A stretch of 64,000 nucleotides of DNA from Candidatus Poribacteria bacterium. Its GTDB lineage: Bacteria > Poribacteria > WGA-4E > WGA-3G. The first letter of the stretch is position 1. Every line of letters begins with the position of its first letter. The notes beneath the pieces were generated by a model. It made no database searches. It worked only from the letters and a program-made list of their open reading frames with translations, and had not been told where the DNA came from. Made by a program: the position numbers and the translations under genes. This document shows, one piece after another, positions 27,447-37,188 of the stretch. The DNA lies in the NCBI GenBank assembly GCA_965197475.1, contig CBDANF010000003.1, positions 3,648,001 through 3,712,000 of the forward strand, read 5' to 3'.

Positions 27447-29744
27447 GTGATGCGTTTTATTCTTGTTGTTGTCTTCTTAATCGCCGTTGCTATTGCTGTT
27501 GGATGGTTTACCTTCAGTTTCTTTGATGACGTTACACAAACAATCCGGGTGATGATAGTTGTCTCCGCCATCCTGATCGCAATTTTGGTTGTGTTGGCTA
27601 CCACAGTTATCCGCTATAGGATACCGAAGGCGGATGTTGCACTTGTCAGAACAGGTGGTGCCAGGGAAAAGATCCGTATTACCAGTGGTCTCTGGGTTAA
27701 CACAATTATCCATGAAATCAAAGAGATGTCCCTCAACACTATGCGAATTGAAGTTCTTCGGGAACAATCTGATTCTTTGATTACCAACAACTTCAACCGG
27801 GCCGATGTTGAAGTCGTCTTCTATATTAAGGTTAATCCAGATGAGGAAGAGATATTAAAAGCCGCCCAAGCCCTCGGTGACAAATCAATGACACCGGAAA
27901 CAGTCCGTGAGTTAATTGAGCCGATGTTGGATGGTGCCTTAAGAAGCGTTGCTGCCGACAGTGAAATTCAGGACCTCCTTCAAAAACGCATTGAATTCGC
28001 TGATAATGTTCAAGAGGCTTGTGGAGAAAATCTGAGACTCCATAACGGCTTGACACTTGATACCGTTTCCATTATCAGGGTCGATCAAACACCCATTGAC
28101 ATGCTAAATCCTGAGAATCGATTTGACGCTGTTGGTATCCGAGAAATCATTGAAATCACTGCCGAGCAAGAACGGGATAAAGAAGCTGCCATAAAAGCGA
28201 AAGAAGCTGCCATAAAAGATATTGAGGTTGAGCGGACAATTCGGATACTTAGAGCAGAACAGGAACAAGCATGGGCAGAAGCTGATCAACAGCGAAATAT
28301 CATTATCTACGATGCGGAGCGTGAAGCTGAAACTATTAAATATCAGTTTGAGATGCAACAAAGTATTCAAGAGCGCGAATACGAAATGAAACAAGAAGTT
28401 GAGCGTGCCCGTATTGCACAGGAACAGATTGTACAAGAACGGGAAATCGAAATGAACCGTGATGTTGAATTCGAACGCGTTGCAGCAGAGCAAATTGTCC
28501 AAGAACGAGAAATTGAGAAAAACCTTATTGTTGAAACAAGGCAGATTGAACAAACCAAAGTTGTCCAACTTGCCGAGATTGAGCAGCATCTCACTGTTCA
28601 AATGGAAAAAATTGAACAGGAACAGACAATTGCGGTTCGCGAGATAGAAAAAGAATTGTTCGTAGAGAAAGCACGTATCGCTCAGGAAGAGGGTGTGATG
28701 TTGCGAGATATTGAGCGAGACTTGACCGTGCAAACCGCTAAGTTCGCACAAGAACAACAAGTGCAACAACGCGAGATTGAAAAGAACCTCGTTGTTGAAA
28801 CCGCACAGATTGACCAAAACAAACATGTTGAACTTGCAGAAATCGCTAAGACATTAAACGTTGAAGTCAGCAAGATAAGTATGGAACAACAGGTACAAGA
28901 ACGTGATATAGAAAAAGAGTTGTTCGTAGAAAAGGCGCGCATCGCTCAGGAAGAGGGCGTTATGTTGCGAGATGTTGAGCGAGACTTGACCGTGCAAACC
29001 GCTAAGTTCGCACAAGAACAACAAGTGCAACAACGCGAGATTGAGAAAAACCTTGTTGTTGAAACCGCACAGATTGACCAAAACAAACATGTTGAACTCA
29101 CCGAAATTGCCAAGATGTTGTCGGTCGAACAATCCCGCATCAACCAAGAATTACGAGTCGCTCTCACTGACGAAGATAGGAAGATTGACGTTGCCAACAA
29201 ACAGCAGCTTACCGCACTGGCGGAGAAAGAGAAACTGGTTGCTGAGGCAGAACGCGTCGGTGCTGAAGTCAATGTTACCGCCACCGAACAGGTGAAAGAA
29301 GCTGAATGGCAACGTGATGTGGCAATCATTGGTGCCGAAGCACAAGCACAGCCGATTGAACGTCTCGCTGATGCTGTGTTGTCGGAAGCCCGTGCGAAAG
29401 CACAGGGTGAAATGGCAGAATACGAAGCCCGTAATGTCGCTGAACAACGTGTTCTCGTTCAAGAAGCTATCCTTGAACTGATTGATGAAGCACCAGAGAT
29501 TGTTGAACAACTGATGCGTCCGGTAGAGAAAATTGATAGTATCAAAATACTTGATATGGGTAATAATGACGGCAAAGGCGGCATCAACCGAAGCAGCATG
29601 GGACGGCTTGCGAATGCGTTGCTTGACACAGGTGCGATTTCACCGATGCTTAAGGAACTCTTTAACTTTGCCGATGTAGATGCCGAACAGGTAACAGACA
29701 AAATCGCAGAATATCTTGCCGACCTTGTAAACCGCCCAAGTTAA
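27447..29744 (+). CDS. Flotillin/SPFH family protein with expanded coiled-coil repeats
   Basis: Two TM helices, ALVRTG, SLNTMRIEV, NRFDAVG and C-terminal PVEKIDSIKI. Confidence 0.85.
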   Translation: MMRFILVVVFLIAVAIAVGWFTFSFFDDVTQTIRVMIVVSAILIAILVVLATTVIRYRIPKADVALVRTGGAREKIRITSGLWVNTIIHEIKEMSLNTMRIEVLREQSDSLITNNFNRADVEVVFYIKVNPDEEEILKAAQALGDKSMTPETVRELIEPMLDGALRSVAADSEIQDLLQKRIEFADNVQEACGENLRLHNGLTLDTVSIIRVDQTPIDMLNPENRFDAVGIREIIEITAEQERDKEAAIKAKEAAIKDIEVERTIRILRAEQEQAWAEADQQRNIIIYDAEREAETIKYQFEMQQSIQEREYEMKQEVERARIAQEQIVQEREIEMNRDVEFERVAAEQIVQEREIEKNLIVETRQIEQTKVVQLAEIEQHLTVQMEKIEQEQTIAVREIEKELFVEKARIAQEEGVMLRDIERDLTVQTAKFAQEQQVQQREIEKNLVVETAQIDQNKHVELAEIAKTLNVEVSKISMEQQVQERDIEKELFVEKARIAQEEGVMLRDVERDLTVQTAKFAQEQQVQQREIEKNLVVETAQIDQNKHVELTEIAKMLSVEQSRINQELRVALTDEDRKIDVANKQQLTALAEKEKLVAEAERVGAEVNVTATEQVKEAEWQRDVAIIGAEAQAQPIERLADAVLSEARAKAQGEMAEYEARNVAEQRVLVQEAILELIDEAPEIVEQLMRPVEKIDSIKILDMGNNDGKGGINRSSMGRLANALLDTGAISPMLKELFNFADVDAEQVTDKIAEYLADLVNRPS
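28641..29112 (+). repeat. Intragenic tandem duplication, 264-bp (88-aa) period
   Basis: IEKELFVEKARIAQEEGVMLRD..QNKHVEL occurs twice with near-identical DNA. Confidence 0.9.
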
Positions 29745-29860
29745 CAGGTTAGTTTTAAGTTTCAGCTGCGGAGTGTCCGCCCATTAACATTGCAAATAAC
29801 ACGCCTTCGGCGTTCAGGTTGCATCAGTATGCAAATTGATGAAACGAAAGCCGGTAAACC

Positions 29861-31183
29861 ATGCGCCATCAGAGACTTCCCACCAGACAGAAACGTATCA
29901 AAACACAAAGGTGCCGGACATGCCGTTCTAATAATGGAAAGCGCGCATGTCCGGCTCTCAGTGGCATGATAATTTGCCCGGGATGTTGTAGTGCTAAACG
30001 CGCGAAAATACCTGGATGCGACCATCACTGTAAATATTATAGTCCGCTCATCGTAAGAAGCCGAAAAGTTACCCCTCCCGAATTTCCACTTCACCTTTGC
30101 CTTGTCAGTCGTTCACGAGATACCGGCATGCTCATTGTCGTCGGCACTCGCAAACGACCTGATGGAAATCTAAAAGCGATGTTCCTTCTGCTGGACCTCT
30201 GGAAGAAAGGGGTCCGAGACTGCTTCTACGATGCGAACCTCTCTGAAAAACAGTTTGAACGCGCATGTCAACGGTTCGGAAGTAGTTATATTGAATCGGA
30301 GCAAACACTCCCAGAAGAAGAGAAAGAAAAGGAAGAAGCCGATCAAGAAAAAAGAAAGGAAAGGGATGAATTAATTCGTGTCCCAAGAAACACTCTTATT
30401 ATTGAAGCAGAATCCGCGATACATTTTGATAATAGGGTGAAGATTGTGGAAAACGAAGAAGCATCTAACGGAAAAGCGATTGACAGCGCGAGAGGTGCTC
30501 GCGGCACCTATGAAATCTACATCCCGAAAACCGGTAAATGGTATGTTTGGATCCGCACCCACTATAAAGCGAGCAATCAGGATTCATACTGGATCGGTAT
30601 TGAAGATGCAGAACCATTTCCTTGGGATGAAGAAGGGGGACCCAACGCGATCAAAATTTGGGCAGTACCCGGCGACACCTCCAAATGGAACCGCTGGCTG
30701 TGGGATACCGCAACGCACCCGCTCGATAAATCTATCCCTGGTTACTTCCGCATCAAACGCAAAGGCTACTACCGTCTCTGGTCAAAAGGTAGAGAACCAG
30801 GCGCGTGGTTAGATCAAATTTTGCTCACACGTTCCCGTCGATTCAACCCAGAAACCGCGTCCGAAGGAAAACCGATCCCAGTCCACACAGTACCGCATCC
30901 CTATGAACCGGCAACCTTTGACGAATGCCAAAAATTAATTCGCCATGCAGTTGAGATTTCAAAAGCTGTTGAGACCGAATTTCCATGGGAGTTTAAATAC
31001 TGGCTCCGCGATATCTGGGGTGATATCAGAAGATTTGCCGAACTTGAAGGTTCACTCTACAAATGCCATAAATGTGAAGAAAATTTGCCGGACCAAGCAG
31101 TTGATCTGATCAAACAACACGCCCACTCTGATGACATCCAATTCTATATCTTATGCAGGAAATGTGGTGGTGAATTTGATTGA
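29861..31183 (+). CDS. Cys-rich Zn-finger protein with an inserted carbohydrate-binding-module-like domain
   Basis: N-terminal Cys cluster, C-terminal CxxC..CxxC, and central EAE..WYVWIR..DSYWI..GREPGAWLDQILLT. Confidence 0.65.
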   Translation: MRHQRLPTRQKRIKTQRCRTCRSNNGKRACPALSGMIICPGCCSAKRAKIPGCDHHCKYYSPLIVRSRKVTPPEFPLHLCLVSRSRDTGMLIVVGTRKRPDGNLKAMFLLLDLWKKGVRDCFYDANLSEKQFERACQRFGSSYIESEQTLPEEEKEKEEADQEKRKERDELIRVPRNTLIIEAESAIHFDNRVKIVENEEASNGKAIDSARGARGTYEIYIPKTGKWYVWIRTHYKASNQDSYWIGIEDAEPFPWDEEGGPNAIKIWAVPGDTSKWNRWLWDTATHPLDKSIPGYFRIKRKGYYRLWSKGREPGAWLDQILLTRSRRFNPETASEGKPIPVHTVPHPYEPATFDECQKLIRHAVEISKAVETEFPWEFKYWLRDIWGDIRRFAELEGSLYKCHKCEENLPDQAVDLIKQHAHSDDIQFYILCRKCGGEFD

Positions 31184-33350
31184 CAAGCCCTTTGCATCTC
31201 TGGTGTTTTGCTTGGGGTGTTTCCTCATATTTACAACACTCAGTTTTGCTGCGCCTCCCAATCCCTATCTCTATTTTGACATTGACCCAACTACCGGAGA
31301 ATTGAAGCCAAAGCCCTCCGCTGGACATAATTCTGAACTCGGTGTCTCAAGATACTTACAAGCGTTGGATGGATGCTGCTTAGCAAGAGAGCAGAGCATC
31401 CTACAACCGGATGGTATTGAATATGTCCTCGCTCTTAAAATTGATTTCAGCGACCAACCCGGTAAAAGAACCAGCGCAGAATTCAATGAATATCTGTTTG
31501 CTGAAACAGGGGTTTCCCTAAAAACCTACTTTCGCGAAAACTCATATCACCAGATGGATGTACAGCCGGGACCAGTTGGCGGTGTTCTGCCAGCAGGTAA
31601 CAAATGGATTCGCGCGCAGAAACCGATGCGTTATTATGGGGAAGGAGTGAGAAATGTCACACGTTATCGGGAACTAATTGCTGAGGCGTGTCGCGCTGTA
31701 GACGCAACCGTCGATTTTTCAAAGTACGATCGCGATAAAGACGGAATCGTAGACCACCTTTTTATCATTCATGCAGGCAATGACGAAGCAACCACTGAAG
31801 AGGATGACGATATCTGGTCAATCCTAACACCAAGTGTCAATGTTATTATTGATGGTGTTCGAGTTGATACTGCCATTGTTGTCGCCGAAGAACCGGGCTT
31901 TGATAAACCCCACTTGGGCATCTACTTTCATGAATTCTTCCACGACTTCGGTGCGCCAGATGTCTACGGGTTAAACTTTACAGATGCACGTGATCATAAG
32001 TGGGGATTAATGGGAGCATTCGGTCCGTATCAAGGGCAAAATATCTTTGGAATCGGAAACGGTTTAGCACCCAGCCACATCATGGGTTATCTTAAATGGG
32101 ATTTTGATGCTCGCCCGGAAAATGGTCGCCTCGGTTGGATTAAACCTGTTAACATCACACAAAGTGGTCAGGTATCTGTTCCAAGTTTTGAACTGTCTCC
32201 CAAAACAGACAAACTTTTCAAAATTGATATTCCACATGCTCGGGAATCGTACACTATCATCGGTGGTGAGTCTCCATTACAGACCACTGTGACTAACAGA
32301 GAATTTTTTCTTATCGAAAACCGCTATAAAGACTCCGGTGCTACTTTTGACACCTATCTACCCGAATCGGGTATCCTTATTTGGCACATTGATGAGACGC
32401 AGGTTCGACGGCTGGGCAGTTATGATGCCGGACAGCAGATTTGGCTTGAAGACCCTAACGATCCTGAACACTTCGGTATCCGACCTGATGACCCCGGCTT
32501 TATAGACATCCAAACTGTCACTGCGGGTGCAGCCTATTCTGCAGATGATGACCAAACTGCCTTTACGCCCGGAACTTTGCCTAACAGCAGCGCGAACAAT
32601 GGAACGCCTTCCGGTATATCTATCACTAATATTGGCCCTGAGGGTATAATTATGCAGATGCTCGTCTCATTTGGCGACACTTATGAACCGAACGACACCA
32701 TAGAAACAGCATTTCCAATCTTCTATAGCCAACCCTACTACTCCTTTCTATATGATGCTTCGGATACCCAAGATTATTATCAAGTTGAAGCTGCTCGCGG
32801 CAAAACAGTCCGCGCTATACTCTCGGATATTCCAGTAAATCTGGATTACCGTTTATCACTCCTGACAATGACAGGCAAAACGGTGGCAATAGGAGAGAAA
32901 GCACCTGATGCACTGGGATACCAAATTCTTTACCAACCCATGACACAGCAAACGTTATATCTCAAGGTAACATCCGATGGTGGATTTAGCAGCGTTGCAT
33001 CATACAAATTATTAGTAGAACAACTGGACCCCGAATCTTTCGCTCTCACTCAGACCCGTGTTTATCCAAATCCTTTTCGTCCATCAGCATCAACATCGGA
33101 AATGACGTTTGCGTATCAACTCTCCGCCTCTCAATCCGCAGAAACCGTATCTCTTGAAATCTTTACTATTAAAGGGGAAAAGGTCTACAGTAAGACACAT
33201 CAGAATGTGTTCGCCCCCGGAAAATTTCAGTGGGACGGCTCAAATCTTCGCGGAACCCCGCTTGCTTCCGGCATCTATATTTACCACATTGCTGCAACCC
33301 AGGGAAATTCGGTCGTCCGAGACATCGGTAAACTCAGTATCCTCAGATAG
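31170..33350 (+). CDS. M6 family (immune inhibitor A-like) metalloprotease with PPC domain and FlgD/T9SS-like C-terminal domain (start uncertain)
   Basis: DFSKYDRDKDGIVD, IIHAG, HEFFH, FLIENR, GILIWHID, DTYEPND and YPNPF..WDG..LASGIY. Confidence 0.85.
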   Translation: MNLIDKPFASLVFCLGCFLIFTTLSFAAPPNPYLYFDIDPTTGELKPKPSAGHNSELGVSRYLQALDGCCLAREQSILQPDGIEYVLALKIDFSDQPGKRTSAEFNEYLFAETGVSLKTYFRENSYHQMDVQPGPVGGVLPAGNKWIRAQKPMRYYGEGVRNVTRYRELIAEACRAVDATVDFSKYDRDKDGIVDHLFIIHAGNDEATTEEDDDIWSILTPSVNVIIDGVRVDTAIVVAEEPGFDKPHLGIYFHEFFHDFGAPDVYGLNFTDARDHKWGLMGAFGPYQGQNIFGIGNGLAPSHIMGYLKWDFDARPENGRLGWIKPVNITQSGQVSVPSFELSPKTDKLFKIDIPHARESYTIIGGESPLQTTVTNREFFLIENRYKDSGATFDTYLPESGILIWHIDETQVRRLGSYDAGQQIWLEDPNDPEHFGIRPDDPGFIDIQTVTAGAAYSADDDQTAFTPGTLPNSSANNGTPSGISITNIGPEGIIMQMLVSFGDTYEPNDTIETAFPIFYSQPYYSFLYDASDTQDYYQVEAARGKTVRAILSDIPVNLDYRLSLLTMTGKTVAIGEKAPDALGYQILYQPMTQQTLYLKVTSDGGFSSVASYKLLVEQLDPESFALTQTRVYPNPFRPSASTSEMTFAYQLSASQSAETVSLEIFTIKGEKVYSKTHQNVFAPGKFQWDGSNLRGTPLASGIYIYHIAATQGNSVVRDIGKLSILR

Positions 33351-33364
33351 TTAGTTGATATTCC

Positions 33365-33511
33365 TTTTATAGTAAATTCTATAATTATTTGGACACTGTT
33401 GTAGCACAGTCAGATACAAATGTGGATGTCCAAGGCGAAATGAATTGCGCGACTACAAACGCCGCAAAACCAAAGAAGAATGTCTACTTATTTCTATAAT
33501 TCACTATAAAA
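33365..33511. repeat. MITE-like element with ~20-bp terminal inverted repeats
   Basis: TTTTATAGTAAATTCTATAA / TTCTATAATTCACTATAAAA enclose the AATTGCGCGACTACAA REP; related sequence near 40092. Confidence 0.55.
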
Positions 33512-33544
33512 ACTGAATGATTCTGATTAAGCGACATAATCTTG

Positions 33545-33573
33545 TTGACGAAAAAACACAGGTATGGTATCTT
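33545..33573 (+). promoter_or_regulatory. sigma70-type promoter
   Basis: TTGACG-17 nt-TATCTT with TGn. Confidence 0.5.
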
Positions 33574-33621
33574 AAAATTACGTCTTTTGACAAACATCTA
33601 AACTAAGTTGCCATACACAAA

Positions 33622-34791
33622 ATGGTAGGCAAGGAGGCAATTTTATCAATGAAATGGTTTAATAAGCAAACAAAATCATGTGAGAATGCACCGAGATATG
33701 TGAGGAGGAGTTTATACCGAAGCAAGCGAATCGACAGGCAGCGGAGAAAATTGACACTGCTGAATCTGGGGATACTCTTTTTATTAGGATTTGTCGTAGC
33801 AGGATGTGGTGGTAGGTCCTTAGCAAGTTTGTCGCCGATTCATCCTGTGGATAATATCGCAAGTGCATTAATGGAAAAAGGTGATAATCCTTCCCCAGAT
33901 GTGTCGATTCCAGCAATTCCTTCCATAGATCTTGCAAAGCCTATATTGGATAAACACGGACTGCAAACAGTCGGATATCGATTTGTTGAAGCAGAGACGG
34001 CGAATACTAAAGCTTTAACGTATTTATTCGCTTTTTCGGAATACGCGCACGCTATTGATAAATGGCATAATTTTTTGACAGACTGGATGGAAACAGAAAA
34101 ACAAATTGAATTGCCCACGGAAAACGAAGACAGGAAGAAAGTAGATGTCGTATTAGTTTCGGACTATCCGCAGGCTTTTAAAGTACAGGCGAAACAACCT
34201 ATCCTCACCAAAACACTGGATGACATTACTGTTTCCATCTGTTATTGGCGCAGGACAGATCTGGATCGAAAATATAATCTGGGTAACGCATTTTCACCTT
34301 TTTACGAAACTGAGGCACTCCGCCAAGGCGACAAAACGGATGTGTTTTACGTGAAGATTACCAACAATCGGAAGCAATCCATCATCTTTGATGTAAAAAA
34401 TTGCCAAATAGCTGACCAAGGTGAAAACTTCTACGAGGGACTTGATTATAATGATTTAAAGGATCGATTCACCTTTATGTCGCGTGCCTCTGGCCTTTAT
34501 GTTAAAAACAGTCTTGAAAAGGCGCGAGAGATCTTAATTGAAAAGCGTATGCCTATTGTTGAAAAACATGTTGGCGCGCCCCACCTTGGTGTTGAACCTG
34601 GAGAGAGTGTGGAAGGTTTCCTTCCATTCAGACAGACAAAACTAAATGCCCTTGCCCTCAGTGTGATTCTGCCGATTGAAAAAGTTCCACCTCCTGGAGG
34701 TGCCCAACGTTATCAAACGATAGAGTTTAAGTTCCCGTTTACGCACCACAGAGGTACTCGGGCTGCTCAACCTGCCCCACAACGTTATTAA
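33622..34791 (+). CDS. Hypothetical lipoprotein (start uncertain)
   Basis: Hydrophobic stretch ending in a VAGC lipobox. Confidence 0.7.
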   Translation: MVGKEAILSMKWFNKQTKSCENAPRYVRRSLYRSKRIDRQRRKLTLLNLGILFLLGFVVAGCGGRSLASLSPIHPVDNIASALMEKGDNPSPDVSIPAIPSIDLAKPILDKHGLQTVGYRFVEAETANTKALTYLFAFSEYAHAIDKWHNFLTDWMETEKQIELPTENEDRKKVDVVLVSDYPQAFKVQAKQPILTKTLDDITVSICYWRRTDLDRKYNLGNAFSPFYETEALRQGDKTDVFYVKITNNRKQSIIFDVKNCQIADQGENFYEGLDYNDLKDRFTFMSRASGLYVKNSLEKAREILIEKRMPIVEKHVGAPHLGVEPGESVEGFLPFRQTKLNALALSVILPIEKVPPPGGAQRYQTIEFKFPFTHHRGTRAAQPAPQRY

Positions 34792-34851
34792 GATAACGAC
34801 TTGTGCTAGTTACGTAATAGTTTTGTTGTTCTTCACAACTGTTCATATTCT

Positions 34852-34906
34852 GTAGGAGCGATCTCCGAATCGCGACACGGTATCGGGAATCGGAGTTCCC
34901 TCCTAC
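34852..34906. repeat. GTAG-type REP doublet (also 59272-59323 and 61532-61583)
   Basis: GTAGGAGCGATCTCCGAATCG..GGGAATCGGA.TTCCCTCCTAC. Confidence 0.8.
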
Positions 34907-35052
34907 CTTTAGATGTCGTCAGGAATCGGAACAGTTGCGGAATTCAAACCCAAACGAGACAAACATGTGAAATATAAACATATTAAGATTGTTATGGGAA
35001 TACTTAACCTGATACGTTTTGTTCCGGTTATATATTTTCCTGCTCTCAACTG

Positions 35053-35092
35053 AAAAGGCGTTTGATGTGGATAACCGCATCAAACGCCTTTT
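35053..35092. terminator. Bidirectional intrinsic terminator
   Basis: AAAAGGCGTTTGATG..CATCAAACGCCTTTT between convergent genes. Confidence 0.8.
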
Positions 35093-35136
35093 TCAGAATA
35101 TGGGAATGTGGTCTTTCACAGTAGATATACCGAAAT

Positions 35137-37119
35137 TCAGTTAACAATATCACAAGGTGGAAGAGAATCTAAAAATAGTTTGCCATAACTCCGGGTTCTG
35201 ATACGTGAATCCAGAATTACCACGATACCCTGATCGGTTTGTGTTCGGATAAGTCGCCCGAATCCTTGTTTAAGACGGAGTACGGCTTCCGGCAAACTGA
35301 ATTCCATGAACTCATTTCCGCCCTGTTCTTTAATCTGTTTGACACGTGCTTCAATGACCGGATGTGTTGGTACTTCAAACGGGAGTCTTGTGATAATCAC
35401 GCTACTCAGTGCTTCACCTCGTACATCAACGCCTTCCCAGAAACTGGAAGTCCCAAACAACACAGAATTTGTATCCTCACGGAACGCCTGTAGCATATCT
35501 GTCCGTGAAAGTTCTCCTCCCTGTTTAAAAGTATCAATACCGATTTCAGCAAGGTAGGGAGCAACCGCCTCGTAAACTTCATCCATCATCTTGTAGCTGG
35601 TAAACAGGATAAACGCTTTGCCATGCGTCAATTTGAGATAATGTTTTATTTCTTGAATGGCGGCGGGTATAAACTCAGTACTATTCGGATCTGGCATAGA
35701 ACGCGGAATATGAATTTTTACTTGCTCCTTAAAGTTAAACGGGGAGTGTAAAAGTAGCTCCTGGCACTCACTTATACCGATCCGGTTTTTAAAGTAATCG
35801 AAATTGCGATTGGTTGATAGTGTAGCACTTGTCATCACAACGCTCTCTTTTGCATCAAAGAGATTCTCCTGTAACATCCGGCTAACATTTATAGGAGTAG
35901 CGTTCAGAAGAATGCGAGGCGTTCGACCCCAACTTGAAGTTTCTACCCAGTAGATATAGTCTGTATCAGGTTGCCGAATCATTAGGTCCAGTTCTTCCCG
36001 AAGCCTTTTACATTGGTTATAGTATGAAGCCAATTCCTGTTCATCGTCATCCGTTGTGGCGTTATCGTGAAGTTGTTTAAGCGTCTTTTCGATGCGCGAC
36101 AACGGCGCGTCTAATACATTTCCTTTCGCAAAAACCTCAGCAACACTGTTTTCGTCAATTCTTTTTGTCGCAGTATATCTATCTGTATCGGCAAAGTACT
36201 CGGCAACGGTGTCAAAAAATAGGTTTGCTTGTTCACGTGCTTCATCAACCGCATTAATAAGTTGTGTTGAGTCAAATCGTGATGCTGTTCCGGTTTCGTT
36301 TCTCTGGTTGTGGAGTGCGTCTAACAACCATTTGACCTTGGTGTTGCTAATTTCAAGACTGGTATGATGTGTTGCTGTGGCTTCCAAATGATGTGCTTCA
36401 TCAATGATCAGGTAATCATAGTTGGGAAGAATCCCAGCTGATGGGTCAATACGCCGAATAGCCAAATCACTAAATAGGAGGTGATGATTGACGATGAGCA
36501 GGTCCGCTTCGTGCATCTCGTTCCGCGCCTTGAAGTAGAAACAGACATCGTAGGTAGGACATTTGCGACCAAGGCAGTTATCCCGATCAGATGCCACCTT
36601 ATCCCATATTTGAGACTTCGGTTGTATGGGGAGATCGGCACGGCTGCCGTCGATAGTCGTTTCGACCCAAGCAACAATATTCTTTACCATATCAACCTCT
36701 TCCATCGTGTCAAATAAGCCACGTTCATAAGTAAGTAAGCTTTCCAATCGTCGTCGCGAGAGGTAGTTACGCCGTCCTTTTGCAAGGACCGCCTTGAAAT
36801 CACGAGGAAGTACGCTTTGCAGAAACGGAATATCTTTGGTAACGAGCTGTTCCTGCAAGCTGATGGTATTGGTCGATATAACAACTGTTTGGTCTGTTCT
36901 AAGTGCGAGTGAAATGGCTGGAATAAGATATGCGAAACTTTTTCCGACACCCGTTCCAGCTTCAACGATCAGATGTTCAGATGCAGCAAATGCGCGGGCA
37001 ACCGCATTTGACATGTGAAGCTGCCCCTCGCGAAACTCATATCCCGAAAGATGCTGTGAGATGATACCGCCAGGACTAAAAATATCTCTAAGGGTCAAAG
37101 TTTTGGGTGTTTGTGCCAT
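35137..37119 (-). CDS. dinG: DinG/YoaA family ATP-dependent helicase
   Basis: EAGTGVGKS, KGRRNY, DEAHH, TSAT, FWEGVD and QGFGRLIR. Confidence 0.9.
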   Translation of the reverse strand: MAQTPKTLTLRDIFSPGGIISQHLSGYEFREGQLHMSNAVARAFAASEHLIVEAGTGVGKSFAYLIPAISLALRTDQTVVISTNTISLQEQLVTKDIPFLQSVLPRDFKAVLAKGRRNYLSRRRLESLLTYERGLFDTMEEVDMVKNIVAWVETTIDGSRADLPIQPKSQIWDKVASDRDNCLGRKCPTYDVCFYFKARNEMHEADLLIVNHHLLFSDLAIRRIDPSAGILPNYDYLIIDEAHHLEATATHHTSLEISNTKVKWLLDALHNQRNETGTASRFDSTQLINAVDEAREQANLFFDTVAEYFADTDRYTATKRIDENSVAEVFAKGNVLDAPLSRIEKTLKQLHDNATTDDDEQELASYYNQCKRLREELDLMIRQPDTDYIYWVETSSWGRTPRILLNATPINVSRMLQENLFDAKESVVMTSATLSTNRNFDYFKNRIGISECQELLLHSPFNFKEQVKIHIPRSMPDPNSTEFIPAAIQEIKHYLKLTHGKAFILFTSYKMMDEVYEAVAPYLAEIGIDTFKQGGELSRTDMLQAFREDTNSVLFGTSSFWEGVDVRGEALSSVIITRLPFEVPTHPVIEARVKQIKEQGGNEFMEFSLPEAVLRLKQGFGRLIRTQTDQGIVVILDSRIRTRSYGKLFLDSLPPCDIVN

Positions 37120-37188
37120 GTGTTTCCACTATATTGCTATCAGTTCTTAATTAAAGTCCCAGATGTGCAAAACACTTTTAACCGAAGG

